Below, one piece after another: positions 62,473 through 64,000 of a stretch of 64,000 nucleotides of DNA. The stretch's first letter is position 1; every line of letters starts with the position of its first letter. The DNA is from Hamiltosporidium tvaerminnensis FI-OER-3-3. Taxonomy: Eukaryota; Fungi; Microsporidia. The translations under genes were made by a program, and so were the position numbers. The DNA lies in NCBI GenBank assembly GCA_022605425.2, contig CM061247.1, positions 496,001-560,000 of the forward strand, read 5' to 3'. The notes under the pieces were generated by a model. The model saw nothing but the letters and a program-made list of their open reading frames with translations, was not told where the DNA came from and ran no database searches.

Positions 62473-63173
62473 ACGAGGAAATAACTACATTAAAATCATC
62501 TGTTGGTTAAGAATAGTATTAATCGGTGTGGAAAACATTGTTTGTGCTTTTATTTGGATGATACTTATAAAATTCTTGGTTTTTGCATAGTGATTTGAAT
62601 AGAGATGATATTGTCTATAAAATGGTAAAAAAAATTCTAACAACTTAATTCGTAGTTTTTCATGAACTGGATTTAAATCCAAACTTAACCTTTAAGGAAT
62701 CGCTGATGTAAACCCTAAAAATCTAGCTTGTCTCACTCCTTCAATTTGCATGACTTTGAGCCTGTGATATAAAAAAAAATGCTTTTCAAAAATCTAGGTA
62801 AGATGGGTCGTAGATTATTTATCGGAATGGCTTTAAAACGTCTGACAAACCACAGAAAAGCTGTCAAGACATATTTTGGAGAGCTGTTTCTTAGATTAGA
62901 GAAACTTGTTTTGAAAAAACAGCTGGTCTAGGGGGAGCTTAGGTGAATTCGGACCGAGAATAATCCAAAGTAACGAATATTAATGAACTAAGGACAACCA
63001 CTTAGCTGATTTTAATAGAGTATACATACTCATATATGAAATATAGAGGTTATAAGTATCTTGAGAGATACTGGTAGACTTCGATAATGGTTTCTATGTG
63101 CAAACTAGAACCAAATTATTGTCATGAAAAAAATTTAAGTCTTCCACTTTAAAAAAGCATTTACTATTTATAA
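62473..63173 (+). repeat. Family A copy (oldest, most diverged)
   Basis: ATAACTACATTAAAATCATCTGTTGG head, CTAGCTTGTCTCACTC, TATTAATGAACT, AAACTAGAAC...TGTCATGAAAA tail. Confidence 0.75.
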
Positions 63174-64000
63174 ACCAAGCAGAATTATCCTTGTTTTTTT
63201 GCCTTATAAATCGTTCTATATTAAAATGCTGAGTAAAAAATCCAGCAAATTATAAATCAGGCAATAAAAATAAAATGTCTGGTGAAATTAAAGAGCGCAA
63301 TATTCTAAGGAAACATGTATTATAATATATTTTCTGAAAGATACTTTATAAACTTTAGTCAAGTAACTAACGAGTGATTTTTTTCTAGATTTGTTTAAAA
63401 AAAATTGTAGGCATTAATGAATTAAAAAGTGAAACAGATTTTTTCTATTTAAAAAGATAATAAATAATTATTTTAAAAGGTATAATCTGGTATAATCTAT
63501 ATATGATGAATCATTATTGAATATTTCAAGAGGCTACTTGGATCCGGGAATAAACAAATTGATATTAAATATAATTTTTACAAAGATCAAAATTAAAACG
63601 AAAATTTATTCAAAAATGGCATTCTCATTTCATGTGTCGAGATTACATTTATGATGAACCGCGCCGAAAAAGTATTTTTATAAGTGAAATATTTGATTTT
63701 AACGCGTCCAACGATATCAACATTGAAACTTTCTGTATATAAAATTTTATCAGTGACCTTTGAATTATTGAAAAAAATATATAGTTTAACACAAAAATGC
63801 ATTTGTTGAGTTCTCCTTAATTTTTTAACATGTGATCAAATATTTGTGATTGACCAATTATACATGAAAAAAATGTATTTTGTTGATATTCTTAACTAAT
63901 TAAAAATTAAAACGTATATATAAAATAAGTAGTGGGTGTCATATATCACCAAAGCATTTAAATATTCATTTTCGAGGTTCCTTAATACATAGAATTATAG

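Overview
Very AT-rich eukaryotic DNA. The compact, divergent housekeeping genes, the CCC-like motif just upstream of most start codons, AATAAA overlapping stop codons and tiny spliceosomal introns point to a microsporidian with a large, repeat-rich genome; a Hamiltosporidium-like organism is my inference. About 19 genes are supportable: a DUF4203-like membrane protein, farnesyltransferase beta, Med7, Bud32, Snu114-like, Hsh49/SF3B4, a VPS9-domain protein, RhoGAP, a DUF167 gene missing from the ORF track, Lunapark, a PPPDE/DeSI peptidase, an LRR-like protein, Rpn6, NSUN5/Rcm1, Aurora kinase, La, a ZIP transporter, Xrn2/Rat1 and one small hypothetical. Three of these need 19-22 nt introns spliced out. 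The intergenic space is dominated by an unannotated non-coding retroposon system: about 10 copies of a ~720-740 bp hairpin-rich element (family A) and 4 copies of a ~230 bp element (family B). The two families share a ~100 nt head, and one copy of each is flanked by a clear target-site duplication (12 and 15 bp). Also present are relics of candidate partner LINEs (an RLE/R4-like element, and an RTE element with a decayed twister-like 5' end), a young GC-rich RTE-derived mini-element and a Tc1 relic. All alignments were made by eye, so ends of decayed elements are approximate.
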